A stretch of DNA of 63,887 nt, counting the filler, from a bacterium (lineage in GTDB: Bacteria > JALSQH01): assembly GCA_026985515.1 (NCBI GenBank). It is 10 parts of 10 records of this genome, joined end to end, with 100 filler letters (N's around TTAATTAATTAA, not from the genome) between each part and the next. Parts side by side here need not be neighbours in the genome. Positions count along the whole stretch, not along the records: positions 28,181 to 32,705 come from JALSQH010000123.1; positions 32,806 to 39,204 come from JALSQH010000124.1; positions 39,305 to 51,471 come from JALSQH010000125.1; 7 more parts are not named here. One strand, written 5' to 3'. Both the position numbers and the translations under genes were made by a program. The notes under the pieces are model-generated. The model saw nothing but the letters and a program-made list of their open reading frames with translations, did not search any database and was not told the origin of the DNA. Position 1 is the first letter of the stretch; each line of letters begins with the position of its first letter. Positions 29,889 through 40,680 of this stretch are shown here, one piece after another.

Positions 29889-32550
29889 AAACGGGTTATT
29901 TCAGGATCTGGATAAATTATCACTGGACAATTCAAAGGATTTCTACTGGTCCAGCTGGGATAAACTGAAAAATTACTTCTGGAAGGTTAAAAGTGGCAGT
30001 GAAGTAATGAAATTGCTCACCAATTTTACCGACAGGTTTATTTCAAGGCTGTATTCTCTTGCATCCCAGGAGTATCTTAAAAAATATCCAAATTCTGAAA
30101 CAAGATTTGTCGTGATTGCCACAGGTGGCTATGGAAGAGGCGAATTAAATCCGTTTTCAGATGTTGATTTTCTTTTTCTTGTCCCTTTTAAGTTAACCCC
30201 TTTTGTAGAAAGTGTTGCAGAGAGAGTTTATTACACACTCTGGGACACCGGTTTAATAGTTGGTTACGGGTTGAGGAGTATTGATGAAGCAATATCTCTC
30301 GGCCTGAAGGACGATACCATTAGAACCTCCATGCTTGATCACAGATTTCTGTTTGGAGACAGGGAGCTTTACAGAATATTTCGTGAGAAGGTAGTGAAGA
30401 AACTTACGCATCATTCTACAAAGAGTTTTGTGAAGTCCAAACTCAGGGAAATGGAGGAGAGAAGGCAGAAATATGGAGGAACGCTTTTTCTGCTTGAACC
30501 AGAAGTTAAAAATGGTGTGGGGGGTCTCAGGGATGTTCATACTGCGTGGTGGATTTCAAAGGTAAGGTACAAAATTGAGGAGTGGAATCACCTCTATCAG
30601 AAAGGTGTGGTTCCTCTGGAACTTATTGATGAGATGAAAAAAGCAAGAGAATTTATCTGGAAGATAAGAAATTTCCTTCATTTTTACACCCGCAGAAAGA
30701 CTGATCTCTTTGACCTTTCACTTCAGCATGATGCTGCCGAATTTTTTGGTTATGAAGATGATCAGCATATGTTTGCCTCTGAAAAATTGATGAAAGATTA
30801 TTACCGAAATTCCTCCATCTTAAAGGAATTTTCAGATTATATTGTTAAAAGAGCTGCAGAAGATCTCAGGACAAAAGTGTTTATACCAAAGAGAAAAGTC
30901 ATTGATGGATTTGTTGTGGTAAGAGATTATATTCACATACCAGGAAAAGATTTTCTTTTAGAGGATCAGAGAAGATTTTTGAAAGTCTTTCTGTTGCTCG
31001 AAAAATTGAATCTCAATCTTGATCTTGACTCTTACTACCTTCTCAAGAAAACATCTTCCCTTATTGATGATATCCTGAGAAATGACACCGAGGCCGGTAA
31101 AATTTTCATGGAGATTTTATCGGGCGATTCATCTTATCCTGTTCTCCAGATGATGCATGATCTCAAGGTACTTGACAATTATATACCAGAATTTGCTCAT
31201 CTTTTTGGCCTGATACAGCACGATGTTTATCACATTTATACTGCTGATACCCATCTTCTCTTCGCAGTTAACGAGATGGAAAAGTTGCTGAAAAATAAAC
31301 CTGAAAGTGAAATTGAAGAAGAATTCAAAGGGGTGCTTGAGTCTGTTGAAAATAAGTCTTTTCTGAAGTTTGTAATTTTATTTCATGACATCGGCAAGGG
31401 ACTGGGAGGCAACCATTCTGAAGAGGGAGCCAGATTGATTTATAACATCGCCACAAGAATTGGTCTTGACAAAGAACTCGCAGAAAGAGCATCTCTTCTG
31501 ATCAGGGAACACCTGACTCTTATAAATTTTGCTTTGAGAAGGGATTTGAATGATAAAAATCTGATAAAGGAACTTGTCAACAGAGTGGGAGATGAGGAAA
31601 ATCTTTCAATGTTGCTCGTTCTCTCTTATGCTGATCTGAAAAGCGTCAGACCAGATGAATTCACAGGATGGAAATTATCACTGATGTTTGAACTTTACAG
31701 GCGAGCTCTTTTCATGATTGAAAGTGGCGACGAAAGTGGTGAGTGGCTGAAGAAATGGGCAAAAGAGAGAATTGAAAAAACCTGCAGTCTGTTACCTGAA
31801 AAGGAAAGAAGGATTTTCAGGGAAATAGCAAAAGAATTTCCAAGAAGATTTTTTCTTTCCCTCGAACCAGAGAAAATAAGGGAAATATTCTTTTCAATTG
31901 AGAGACTCTCCACTGAACCTGTACAGATCTCAATAGGCAAAGGTCCCTTTGGAAATTTAAAGAGTATGACAGTTATCACAGATGCAAAATGCAACAGGAG
32001 GGGATTGTTTGCAGACATTTCAGGAGTCCTGAGAGCATTCAACTGTAATATTATTGAAGCCCAGATATATACTCTTAAAGATGGAAGAGTGGTGGACATT
32101 TTTTACTTTTATATTCCTGACGAGATGTGGAGCGTAAAAAGGAAGAGTGCACTTATAGAAGCCGCCATCAGAACAATAAAAGGTGAGGAAAATGTCGAGG
32201 AGTTAATATCAAAGAGACAATCTTCTCTTTTGAAATCACAGGATTACTCAAAAACAAAGTATCCTGCAAAAATAATAATTGACAATAAGGGGTCAAAACA
32301 TTTCACAATTGTAGAACTTGTTGCTCTCGATAAGCCGGGACTTCTCTATTCTATCACTAAAGTTTTTGCTGATATGGATCTGGATATAAATTATGCGAGA
32401 ATCTCCTCATTTGGACCAAAAATTGCAGATATTTTTTATGTTACTTTCTCGGGTAAAAAAATAAAAAGCAGGGAGATAATTGATTCGATCATAGCAAATA
32501 TGGAAAAAATAGTTGTTGAAGGTAAAATAGCAGCAGAGGTAGTAACATGA
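29860..32550 (+). CDS. glnD: PII uridylyltransferase / uridylyl-removing enzyme
   Basis: GGYGRGELNPFSDVD, EPEVKNGVGGLRD, HD domain (HIYTADTH, HDIGKG), two ACT domains (DKPGLL). Start may be ATG 29869. Confidence 0.95.
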   Translation: MKHMLQKHTENGLFQDLDKLSLDNSKDFYWSSWDKLKNYFWKVKSGSEVMKLLTNFTDRFISRLYSLASQEYLKKYPNSETRFVVIATGGYGRGELNPFSDVDFLFLVPFKLTPFVESVAERVYYTLWDTGLIVGYGLRSIDEAISLGLKDDTIRTSMLDHRFLFGDRELYRIFREKVVKKLTHHSTKSFVKSKLREMEERRQKYGGTLFLLEPEVKNGVGGLRDVHTAWWISKVRYKIEEWNHLYQKGVVPLELIDEMKKAREFIWKIRNFLHFYTRRKTDLFDLSLQHDAAEFFGYEDDQHMFASEKLMKDYYRNSSILKEFSDYIVKRAAEDLRTKVFIPKRKVIDGFVVVRDYIHIPGKDFLLEDQRRFLKVFLLLEKLNLNLDLDSYYLLKKTSSLIDDILRNDTEAGKIFMEILSGDSSYPVLQMMHDLKVLDNYIPEFAHLFGLIQHDVYHIYTADTHLLFAVNEMEKLLKNKPESEIEEEFKGVLESVENKSFLKFVILFHDIGKGLGGNHSEEGARLIYNIATRIGLDKELAERASLLIREHLTLINFALRRDLNDKNLIKELVNRVGDEENLSMLLVLSYADLKSVRPDEFTGWKLSLMFELYRRALFMIESGDESGEWLKKWAKERIEKTCSLLPEKERRIFREIAKEFPRRFFLSLEPEKIREIFFSIERLSTEPVQISIGKGPFGNLKSMTVITDAKCNRRGLFADISGVLRAFNCNIIEAQIYTLKDGRVVDIFYFYIPDEMWSVKRKSALIEAAIRTIKGEENVEELISKRQSSLLKSQDYSKTKYPAKIIIDNKGSKHFTIVELVALDKPGLLYSITKVFADMDLDINYARISSFGPKIADIFYVTFSGKKIKSREIIDSIIANMEKIVVEGKIAAEVVT

Positions 32551-33171
32551 TTGGCCTTATTTCTGACACACACTGGCCACCGGGAACATTTTATGATTCG
32601 TACCGGAAAAAACAGGAAAGGGCGGAGAAGGTTTTTGAACAGATCCAGGATTATTTCAGGGGGGTTGAGTTTATAATCCATGCTGGAGATGTCGGAGATC
32701 CCATANNNNNNNNNNNNNNNNNNNNNNNNNNNNNNNNNNNNNNNNNNNNTTAATTAATTAANNNNNNNNNNNNNNNNNNNNNNNNNNNNNNNNNNNNNNN
32801 NNNNNGCACCAGTTTATGTGGTTAAAGGTAATCGTGACCCATCTTATTTAAGGGGGGTTGAATTACCCCTTTACAGGATTGTGGAGTATAAAAACAAGGT
32901 GATTGGAGTTACCCATGGGAGTGGATCTCCAAAGGGTATAATTGAAAGAAGTGTCAGACCCGTTCTTGAGAAGTTTAAACCTGATATTGTTGTTTTTGGC
33001 CATACTCACAGACCTTTCCTCAAAGAGATAGATGGTGTGGTTTATGTAAATCCCGGTTCGGCAGGAGACACTTTTTTTACAAAAGAGAACTGGGTGGCAA
33101 CCCTTGAAATTAGTGATGGAAAAGTTAAAGTGGAATTTCATAAAATTCACATACCTGGAAGGAAGGCGTAA
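32547..33171 (+). CDS. YfcE/MJ0936-family metallophosphoesterase, split by the assembly gap
   Basis: ISDTH and IHAGDVGD before the gap; APVYVVKGNRD, THG, FGHTH, NPGS after it. Confidence 0.85.
32706..32805. other. Artificial contig spacer
   Basis: N44-TTAATTAATTAA-N44. Confidence 0.98.
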
Positions 33172-33710
33172 TGAGGGTGTTGATAGGAGTAATACTGATA
33201 TTTTTTGAAGTAGCGGTTCTCTGGTGGATGTTCTCGCTCAGCAGAGAAAGATTATATCCCACCTGGAAAAAACCAGAGAAAGAAGTGGTCCTCGATGGAG
33301 TGGAGTTGAGGTATTCCTTTCTTGATTTTGCAACAAATTTACACTCAGAGAGAATGAATTTCAATGCAGAACTTGATGAAGTTAACTTTCCATCAGCTGA
33401 AGGTGGATTGTTTATTAATGGGAGGGTATACAGGATAATTATGGAAAATGGAAAAATTTTTTTGAACAGATGGGGATTCTTACAGGGGAAAATAACAATT
33501 GAATCAAAAGAAGAGAAAAGATTTTTCAGGGCAGAAGGAAAGGATTTCAGAATTGATTTTAGAAACAAAACTATTTATTCTGGAAACAGAGTGAAACTGG
33601 AAACAGAAAGTGTGTTTCTGGCAGGTAACAGGCTCCTTATAGATTTTAAAAATAGAATTATTAGAGTGAGCGGTGGAGTTAAAGGTGAAATCAAAAATTT
33701 TGTTCCTTAG
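33171..33710 (+). CDS. lptC: LPS export protein LptC-like
   Basis: N-terminal TM helix, beta-jellyroll pattern, position directly upstream of lptA-lptB. Confidence 0.7.
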   Translation: MRVLIGVILIFFEVAVLWWMFSLSRERLYPTWKKPEKEVVLDGVELRYSFLDFATNLHSERMNFNAELDEVNFPSAEGGLFINGRVYRIIMENGKIFLNRWGFLQGKITIESKEEKRFFRAEGKDFRIDFRNKTIYSGNRVKLETESVFLAGNRLLIDFKNRIIRVSGGVKGEIKNFVP

Positions 33711-34146
33711 CATTTTACTTATCGTTATTCCATTACTTGCCTTTGCCGGGAAGAAAAAATTGCCTCCCATCCATTTCGTGGCAGACAGGGTTGTTGCGGC
33801 AGAAGGGGTGACATTTATCAGTGGACATGTAAAGGTGTTCATGGACAATTACATTTTAACTGCCAGAACAATAACCCTCTTTACCAGTAAAAACAAGGAG
33901 ATCTACAAAATCAAGGCTGCAGGAAATGTGAGATTGATGGGTAGAAACAGGTTTGCTGTGTGTGATACAGCAATATTTTATCGCAGGAGCGGCAGAGCAG
34001 TTTTGAGGGGGGATCCCAAAATCTGGGAAGGAGCAGACGAATTGAAAGGAAAAGAAATAGTAATATTTCTGAATTCCCGGAGAATTATTGTCAGAGGAGC
34101 GACAGGACGGTTTTCCCCCACCACACTTAAAGAGTTTGGAAAATGA
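33673..34146 (+). CDS. lptA: LPS transport periplasmic protein LptA
   Basis: PIHFVAD, FISGHVKV, AAGNV, LRGDPKIWEG..L.GKEI (OstA domain). Confidence 0.85.
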   Translation: MELKVKSKILFLSILLIVIPLLAFAGKKKLPPIHFVADRVVAAEGVTFISGHVKVFMDNYILTARTITLFTSKNKEIYKIKAAGNVRLMGRNRFAVCDTAIFYRRSGRAVLRGDPKIWEGADELKGKEIVIFLNSRRIIVRGATGRFSPTTLKEFGK

Positions 34147-34868
34147 AAATAAAGGCCTTCAATCTTCATAAGAAGTTTGGAAAAAGGGAAGTGGTCAGGG
34201 GAGTGAGTCTTGAAGTAGAACAGGGTGAAATTGTGGGGTTACTGGGACCCAATGGTGCCGGTAAAACAACAACTTTCTATATGCTGGCAGGCATCGAGAA
34301 ACCAGACAAAGGGGAGATCTACCTTGGAGAAAAAGATGTTACCCTTCTACCCATTTACGAGAGATCGCGTTTTGGAATAACTTATTTACCCCAGGAACCT
34401 TCTGTGTTTGCGAAACTGACAGTCTGGGATAATATTGACATGATACTTGAGATGCGAAGGGATCTCATTCCTCCAGTAGAGAGAAAAAACAGAGTTGAAA
34501 ATGTATTGAAGGAAATGGGAATATTTCACCTAAGATTTCAGAAGGCATCTGTACTCTCCGGTGGAGAGAGAAGAAGACTTGAAATTGCAAGGGCTCTCGC
34601 TCTTGAACCAAAGTTTCTCATGCTGGATGAGCCTTTTGCAGGAGTGGATCCACTTGCTGTCGCTGATCTACAGAACCTGTTAAAATTACTGAAAGATAGG
34701 GGTCTCGGTATTCTCCTTTCTGACCACAATGTGAGAGAGACTCTCAAGATCTGTGACAGAGCCTATATTATACACAGAGGAGAGGTGCTGGAAGAGGGGA
34801 CGCCTGAAAAAATAGCCACCAGCCAGAAGGCAAGGGATGTTTATCTCGGAAAAGAATTTATGATTTAA
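34143..34868 (+). CDS. lptB: LPS export ABC transporter ATPase
   Basis: GPNGAGKTT, YLPQEPSVF, LSGGERRR, LDEPFAGVDP, DHNVRETL. Confidence 0.97.
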   Translation: MKIKAFNLHKKFGKREVVRGVSLEVEQGEIVGLLGPNGAGKTTTFYMLAGIEKPDKGEIYLGEKDVTLLPIYERSRFGITYLPQEPSVFAKLTVWDNIDMILEMRRDLIPPVERKNRVENVLKEMGIFHLRFQKASVLSGGERRRLEIARALALEPKFLMLDEPFAGVDPLAVADLQNLLKLLKDRGLGILLSDHNVRETLKICDRAYIIHRGEVLEEGTPEKIATSQKARDVYLGKEFMI

Positions 34869-34888
34869 TCCTTCTGGAGAGAATTATC

Positions 34889-35461
34889 ATGCTTAAAGAA
34901 TTTATTGTTTCACTCTCTGCTATTTTTTTGTCTGAATTAGGGGATAAAACGATGTTTGTCACCCTTGCTCTTGCAACCAGATATGGGGCAGTACCTGTTC
35001 TCTCTGGAATTCTTCTTGGTACAGGAATAGTAATGATTCTCCCTGTTCTTGCTGGATTCTCATTAAAATTTCTTGTGTCACAAAATGTACTGATGTTGAT
35101 TGCATCGGGAATTTTTATTTTTTCAGGTGCTTACTTTTTACTGGATCTGTTTCGGGAAGAAGAGGAAAAAGAAGTAGAAAAGGAGAGATTCAAATTGCCG
35201 GTCTGGATTGCAACTGCCATTGTTATAATTTTACTGGAGTTTGGGGACAAAACCCAGCTGGTCACTCTGGGGCTCGCGGCTTCCATGGATAAGCCGCTGC
35301 TGGTATGGTCAGGAGCCACAATTGGAATGTTTGTTGCTGATTCGTCCTCCCTTGTGCTTCTTCCAGTCATAAGAAAAATAGATGAGAAGTTTGTCAATAT
35401 CTTCATGGGTATTGTTTTTATTTTACTGGGGATTGCCGGTATTATCAGGGTGGTGGTTTGA
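34889..35461 (+). CDS. TMEM165/GDT1 (UPF0016) Mn2+/Ca2+ transporter
   Basis: Two signature motifs ELGDKT and EFGDKTQ; multiple TM helices. Confidence 0.92.
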   Translation: MLKEFIVSLSAIFLSELGDKTMFVTLALATRYGAVPVLSGILLGTGIVMILPVLAGFSLKFLVSQNVLMLIASGIFIFSGAYFLLDLFREEEEKEVEKERFKLPVWIATAIVIILLEFGDKTQLVTLGLAASMDKPLLVWSGATIGMFVADSSSLVLLPVIRKIDEKFVNIFMGIVFILLGIAGIIRVVV

Positions 35462-35506
35462 TTGTTCCTTTCCGGGTAAGTATAATTTTCCCTGAGGAGG
35501 TGGATT

Positions 35507-37189
35507 ATGGCATTTGATATTCACAGAAACAAAAATCCCCGAATGAAATTGATCTATCTCAGTGGTTCTCTGAGAGAAATTGGGGAGGATTACGGTGCTT
35601 ACCTGAAAAGGTGGTACAGATCAACCCCTCTTTATCTTTTTTCAAGAATAGTTGATCTGTTTATTGAGCATTCCACCCAGGACAGGCCTCAGACCGTAAA
35701 GAGAGCCATGAGAGAGTTTGTATACCGCTACATAGAAAAGAATGCGATGAACTCTCTGACTCCAGAATTTGAAGAACTCCTGGATGGTATGGCAAAAGGA
35801 CTCGGCATCTCCAGAAAGGAAATAAGAAAAGCGGTATCTTTTGCTGATGTCTTTCCTCATCTGGTAAATATTGGAGGAATGATAAATCGTTCCCTGTTTC
35901 CTCACTCTCTGGTTGGTTGTTCATCTTTTTTTGGGTGGGGAAATTTCACAAAATATGGGAATCTCTTACATGCCAGGAATTTTGACTTTTTTGGTGGTAG
36001 AGAATGGGAGGATAACCACGCAATTATAATAATGAAACCCAGGGGAATGAACAGTAATCTAACCGTTACATCTGACTCTGCACTTATACCGGGAGTAACC
36101 ACACTGCTTGTGAATGGGACGGTAATGGACCTTCATCTCAACTATACCCGGGAGGTTAGCAGGAAGGGGATCAATATTCTTGCTCTCATGGCAACCGTTG
36201 CTTTAAAGGCGAAAAATCTTGAGGAAGTTGAGGAATACATCTCTAAATATCAGAGATTTACAGGATGGGGATTGCTTGTAAGTAACCCTGCGTATGGTGG
36301 GGCGCTTTTTGAAATGACAGCAAAAAGGTATTCAAAGAGAATACTGAAGAAAAACTCCTACATTTTTTACAACAATGATTATTTCAACCCAGAGTTTAAA
36401 AAGAAAGAAGCTGTACCCGCATACAGATGGGTGCTTTTTAACACAGGCAGGGACCGGAGAATGGAAGAACTTCTCAAAGAAAATTTTGGGGAGATTGATC
36501 CTTCCATTTCAGCAAGAATTCTCAGTGACCATTATGATGTGTGGGAGAATAAGGAGAGGGGACCGGGACATATAATTTCATGCGTGTATAATGCCTCTTC
36601 AGTGATTTTTGATGTTGAAAATGATACATTGTACATGGCGGTGGGTGGATCACCGGTTAACAACAATCCTTTTTATCCTGTTAAAATCAGTGATCTCTGG
36701 TACGGAAAACTGACAATAAAGGGTGACCCTCTTCAGCCATCAATCTTCGCAAGGAGTAAAAAAATTGAAGGATTGAGACATTATATTTCTGCGTATTATG
36801 CCTGGTGGTACAAACTTGATATATGCAGGGCAATTGAGGAACTTGACAGAGCAGTAGAAATAGACCCTGAAGAGCCTCAGTATTACCTTCTCAGGAGCTG
36901 GATGAAACTGAAGGCTGGATACAATGAGGATGCCCTGAGTGACATTGAAAAATATTTGGAATTTGATCTTCACCCATACAACAGGGAAATGGGGGAGCTC
37001 TGGAGAAGCAGGATCCTTGATCTTGCTGGAAGGGTTGAAGAAGGAAGAAAAATAGTTAAACATCTTTCAAATTCAAAGTTTCCCGACATAAAAAAGTGGG
37101 CAGCTAAAACTCTCAATAAACCTTACTCTATATCAATGGTTAAAAGGCTTGACATAGATTTTGTTCTTGGCGAATTTTTTGATTATTAG
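35507..37189 (+). CDS. C45-family Ntn hydrolase/acyltransferase with C-terminal TPR
   Basis: GCSSF (nucleophile Cys after autoproteolysis), HARNFDF, C-terminal TPR (AVEIDPEEPQYYLL). Confidence 0.8.
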   Translation: MAFDIHRNKNPRMKLIYLSGSLREIGEDYGAYLKRWYRSTPLYLFSRIVDLFIEHSTQDRPQTVKRAMREFVYRYIEKNAMNSLTPEFEELLDGMAKGLGISRKEIRKAVSFADVFPHLVNIGGMINRSLFPHSLVGCSSFFGWGNFTKYGNLLHARNFDFFGGREWEDNHAIIIMKPRGMNSNLTVTSDSALIPGVTTLLVNGTVMDLHLNYTREVSRKGINILALMATVALKAKNLEEVEEYISKYQRFTGWGLLVSNPAYGGALFEMTAKRYSKRILKKNSYIFYNNDYFNPEFKKKEAVPAYRWVLFNTGRDRRMEELLKENFGEIDPSISARILSDHYDVWENKERGPGHIISCVYNASSVIFDVENDTLYMAVGGSPVNNNPFYPVKISDLWYGKLTIKGDPLQPSIFARSKKIEGLRHYISAYYAWWYKLDICRAIEELDRAVEIDPEEPQYYLLRSWMKLKAGYNEDALSDIEKYLEFDLHPYNREMGELWRSRILDLAGRVEEGRKIVKHLSNSKFPDIKKWAAKTLNKPYSISMVKRLDIDFVLGEFFDY

Positions 37190-37197
37190 AAACAAAA

Positions 37198-38634
37198 ATG
37201 CAGTGTGAGGAATTTAAAGATTGTGTAGTTAATGAATTTTCTAAACTTCCTTCCTCTGATTGCAGAAAAATCCCGGAAGAAGTGGTTGGTCAGTTTGCAT
37301 TTCTGCTCTGTAAAGGCGGAAATGAAGATATGATCCCGCAGATTCTTGAGCCTCTTCCCATGGAGGTTTATGTAGAATTTGAGAGCTGTTTTTTAACATC
37401 ACTTGTGAGTTGTCGCGTGGAAAACTTCTTCTCACTTTTTGAAATTCACCAGAAAGTAAGAAAAATTTTTAATGGCCTGCTTGTTGATAATCTTTTTAAA
37501 CTTTTTCAGGAAACTGAGCAGAATCTTGTTTCAATTTTTGACCAGTTACACGATGTTGTTTATATTCATGATGTTAAGGGAAGGGTAATTTTCCACAACA
37601 GGTCTGCCACAGATTACTTTGGTGAGGTGAGGTCAATCTGGGAAGTTCTCCCGGAGGAGTACAAGGAATTTTTGAAAAGTAGCTACAGGAAATTTGAAAC
37701 GGGAGAAGAGGAGGTTTTCTTTGAAAGAATAAGAGTCATAACAAAGGATGGGAAAGAAAGAATTATGGAAGTAAAAAGTAAGCCCTTTTTCAGAAATGGA
37801 AAAATTGTCGCTTTTGGAGGAATAGCAAGCGATGTTACTGAAAAAATAATGGTGGAAAAGCAGTTACTTTCAAACATCCAGTTCCTTGAAGAAGAGGTGC
37901 AGAAAAAAATCAGAGAACTGGAGGAAACCAACCGCAAATTGAGAGAAATTAACGAGTATAAGGACACTGCTCTTTCACAGATGGCACATGAGTTGAGAAC
38001 TCCGCTGGTTCCAATTAAAGGTTACATTGATCTCCTGCTCAAGGGAAGCCTCGGAGATCTTGGTGATTCACAGAGAAGAGCCCTTGAAGTGGTATCAAGG
38101 GAACTGGATAGATTCAAGAATCTTATTGAGGCTCTTCTAACTCAGAGTGCCCTTCAGGCTGGAAGAATCACAATTAAGATTGAAGAGTTCAATATTGATG
38201 AGCTGATAGAGGAGGTAATTAATAGATTTTCCAACAGTTTTAATGAAAAAAATCTGAACATTGTGAAAGATCTTAAAGGCGGGATGGTTGTGGCAGACAG
38301 GATAAAGATAGAACAGGTGTTGCACAATCTAATTGAAAATGCTGTGAAATTCAACAAAAATGGAGGTTCTGTTAAGATCACAACAGAGAACAATGGATCC
38401 GAGGTTATGATAAAGATCGAAGATACAGGAGTTGGAATCGACAGAAGCGAGTTAAATTTTATTTTTGAAAAATATTACCGGGGAAGGAATGTAAGAGGGA
38501 AGAAGAGGGGCATGGGACTTGGCCTCTATATCGTTAAAGAAATTCTCCAGCTTCATGGTTCCAGATTTGAAGTCAATTCAGTAATAAATAAAGGCACAGT
38601 TTTTACTTTCTATCTGCCCGCAGGTAAGATTTAG
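37198..38634 (+). CDS. Soluble PAS-domain sensor histidine kinase
   Basis: PAS/PAC (DVTEK), AHELRTPL, NLIENAVKF, DTGVGI, GMGLGL. Confidence 0.93.
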   Translation: MQCEEFKDCVVNEFSKLPSSDCRKIPEEVVGQFAFLLCKGGNEDMIPQILEPLPMEVYVEFESCFLTSLVSCRVENFFSLFEIHQKVRKIFNGLLVDNLFKLFQETEQNLVSIFDQLHDVVYIHDVKGRVIFHNRSATDYFGEVRSIWEVLPEEYKEFLKSSYRKFETGEEEVFFERIRVITKDGKERIMEVKSKPFFRNGKIVAFGGIASDVTEKIMVEKQLLSNIQFLEEEVQKKIRELEETNRKLREINEYKDTALSQMAHELRTPLVPIKGYIDLLLKGSLGDLGDSQRRALEVVSRELDRFKNLIEALLTQSALQAGRITIKIEEFNIDELIEEVINRFSNSFNEKNLNIVKDLKGGMVVADRIKIEQVLHNLIENAVKFNKNGGSVKITTENNGSEVMIKIEDTGVGIDRSELNFIFEKYYRGRNVRGKKRGMGLGLYIVKEILQLHGSRFEVNSVINKGTVFTFYLPAGKI

Positions 38635-39203
38635 GACAAATATTTGCTTCTGTTTTCGATAATGTGGGCGGCTGCCCATGTTGCAAGGGTCATTATTGTT
38701 ATCTGGGGATTAACACCAATTGGGGTTGGAAAAACACTTGCATCTGTAATAAAGAGGTTCTTGATATCCCAGCTTTCAAGCCATTGATTTACAACTCCTC
38801 TTTTGGGATCTCCCGCTATTCTTGCGGTACCCATTACATGTACTGTTAGAAGTTCTGTTTCTTTTTTTGAGATTCTGTACGAGAAAATCTTTTTTATCTC
38901 ATCTGCCGAATGGATTTCTTTCAGGGGGTCAAAGGGAAGAATCACCTTTCTTGCACCAGCAGCAAAATAAATTTCCGAGAGAATGGCTATTCCTCTCTTA
39001 ATTTTGTAAAAATCGTAGTCGTTGATATTATAAATAGCCATTGCCATATCAAGAGGACCAGGTTTGACTATTCCAGTTCCGGTGTCTTCAATCAGAACAC
39101 CAGCTGCAACCATGTTGTTATAGTACCTCATAAGTTTTAAATTTTCCTCTCCAATGGGGGGTATGGACATAGATATCATTCCCGGTGGAACAAAGGTGGT
39201 GGA
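38631..39203 (-). CDS. GMC-family oxidoreductase C-terminal part, 5'-truncated
   Basis: HVMGTAR, NLFITDASVFPT, VNPQITIM. Confidence 0.9.
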   Translation of the reverse strand, partial: STTFVPPGMISMSIPPIGEENLKLMRYYNNMVAAGVLIEDTGTGIVKPGPLDMAMAIYNINDYDFYKIKRGIAILSEIYFAAGARKVILPFDPLKEIHSADEIKKIFSYRISKKETELLTVHVMGTARIAGDPKRGVVNQWLESWDIKNLFITDASVFPTPIGVNPQITIMTLATWAAAHIIENRSKYLS

Positions 39204-39204
39204 G

Positions 39205-39304
39205 NNNNNNNNNNNNNNNNNNNNNNNNNNNNNNNNNNNNNNNNNNNNTTAATTAATTAANNNNNNNNNNNNNNNNNNNNNNNNNNNNNNNNNNNNNNNN
39301 NNNN
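39205..39304. other. Artificial contig spacer
   Basis: N44-TTAATTAATTAA-N44. Confidence 0.98.
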
Positions 39305-40680
39305 CTTTCCAGAAATGCAAGTTTTGACCTTGTTTCAGTAATTTCTTTTTCCATTTTTTCAAGATCACTCTTGATATTTTCAATATTCCTCTGGAGCGAT
39401 TGAATTTCTATCTCAATTTCTTTAATGTTTTCTTCAAGCTCCCTCCTTTCCGGAAAAGCTTCCTCAACCGGTAGATTTATCCTGTTCTCTATTCTTTTCT
39501 TCAATTCCGAGAGTTTTGCTTCCTGTTTTGTGAAGGTAAAAAGATTGAAACCACCATAAAGCATGAGACCCAGCATTATCAGAAAAATCACTATATTCAG
39601 AACAATCGAGAAGGTGGATGTGGTAGTTACAACTGTGAGTATTCCTGAGGCAACCGATCCAGCTGCACCAGTAAAGAAAAGTAGTTTCATTAGCTTTTCT
39701 TCTGCTCTATTACCTGATAACTCCTCACTCTCATTCACATACTGTTTGAGGTCTTCATCTATCTGTTCAAATTTTCTGAACTCTTTCTGAAGCCTCTTCT
39801 TCTCATTTTCCAGTTCATTGACTCTGGTTTCATATTCGTTAAGCTGTAATTTTCTATCCTCAAAATCCTCTGTAATTTTTTTCAGTCGTTCCTTTATGGT
39901 AAGGATCTGTTCCTCCAGTGAGGATAGCTTCTTCCCATTGTTTTCGGTAAATTTTTCAAGATCTTCCAGTCTTTTTTCCATCTCTTTTAATTCTCTGAGC
40001 AGTTTACGGATCTGTAAAAGATTGTTCTTTTTTCTGGCAAGTGTTAACCTTTCCTCTTCCCTTTTCAGCTCTTCGACTCTTTTTCTCAATAAAAGTAGCT
40101 GTTTGCTCCTTTGAAAGGTTTCCCAGCTTTTTTTATCCATAAGTATGGTATTGATCTCGTTTATAAGTTCTTTGCTCTTCGTTATCCTGTCCTTGAGCCT
40201 GTAATCCTTCGTATTTACATATTGTCCTGTTGGGGTCAGACCTGCAAGATTTCTTATTTGCTCTTCTTTTTTTTCAATCTCTGATAAATGGAGATTTGAG
40301 AGTCTCTGAGAAAGGTCTGGATAATATCTGTCGTCAATATTGAGGTCGCTGTTTCTTATGATAAAGATGTTTATAAAATCCTCCGGTGTTAACTCTGAAA
40401 ATTCCTTCTGGTTCGTAAGAACTTTCCGACTGGTGATGGTCAGCTTTCTACCATTGTGTTGCAGGATAATCCTTCCCTGAGGTTGTTCATCAACTCTGTT
40501 GAATTCACTGTTATGTTTGATCAGATTCTTAGAAGGAACGAGAAATTTTACGATGCCTTCCAGCAAAAGGGTTTTCCCGGCTTCGTTGGGACCGTAAATT
40601 AGATTGAAACCATCATACAAAGTGTGATTAATATTTGAAAGGGGACCATAGTTAGTAATTTCAATTCTTTTGAGTTTCAT
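39305..40680 (-). CDS. Rad50/SbcC-like (YhaN-type) coiled-coil ATPase with internal TM hairpin, 3'-truncated
   Basis: IEITNYGP, Walker A GPNEAGKT, long coiled coil interrupted by two hydrophobic helices. Confidence 0.85.

Noticed and set aside
38631-40680. Joining the YhaN-like ATPase to the GMC fragment across the gap
   Set aside because: Unrelated families; the adjacency comes from concatenation.
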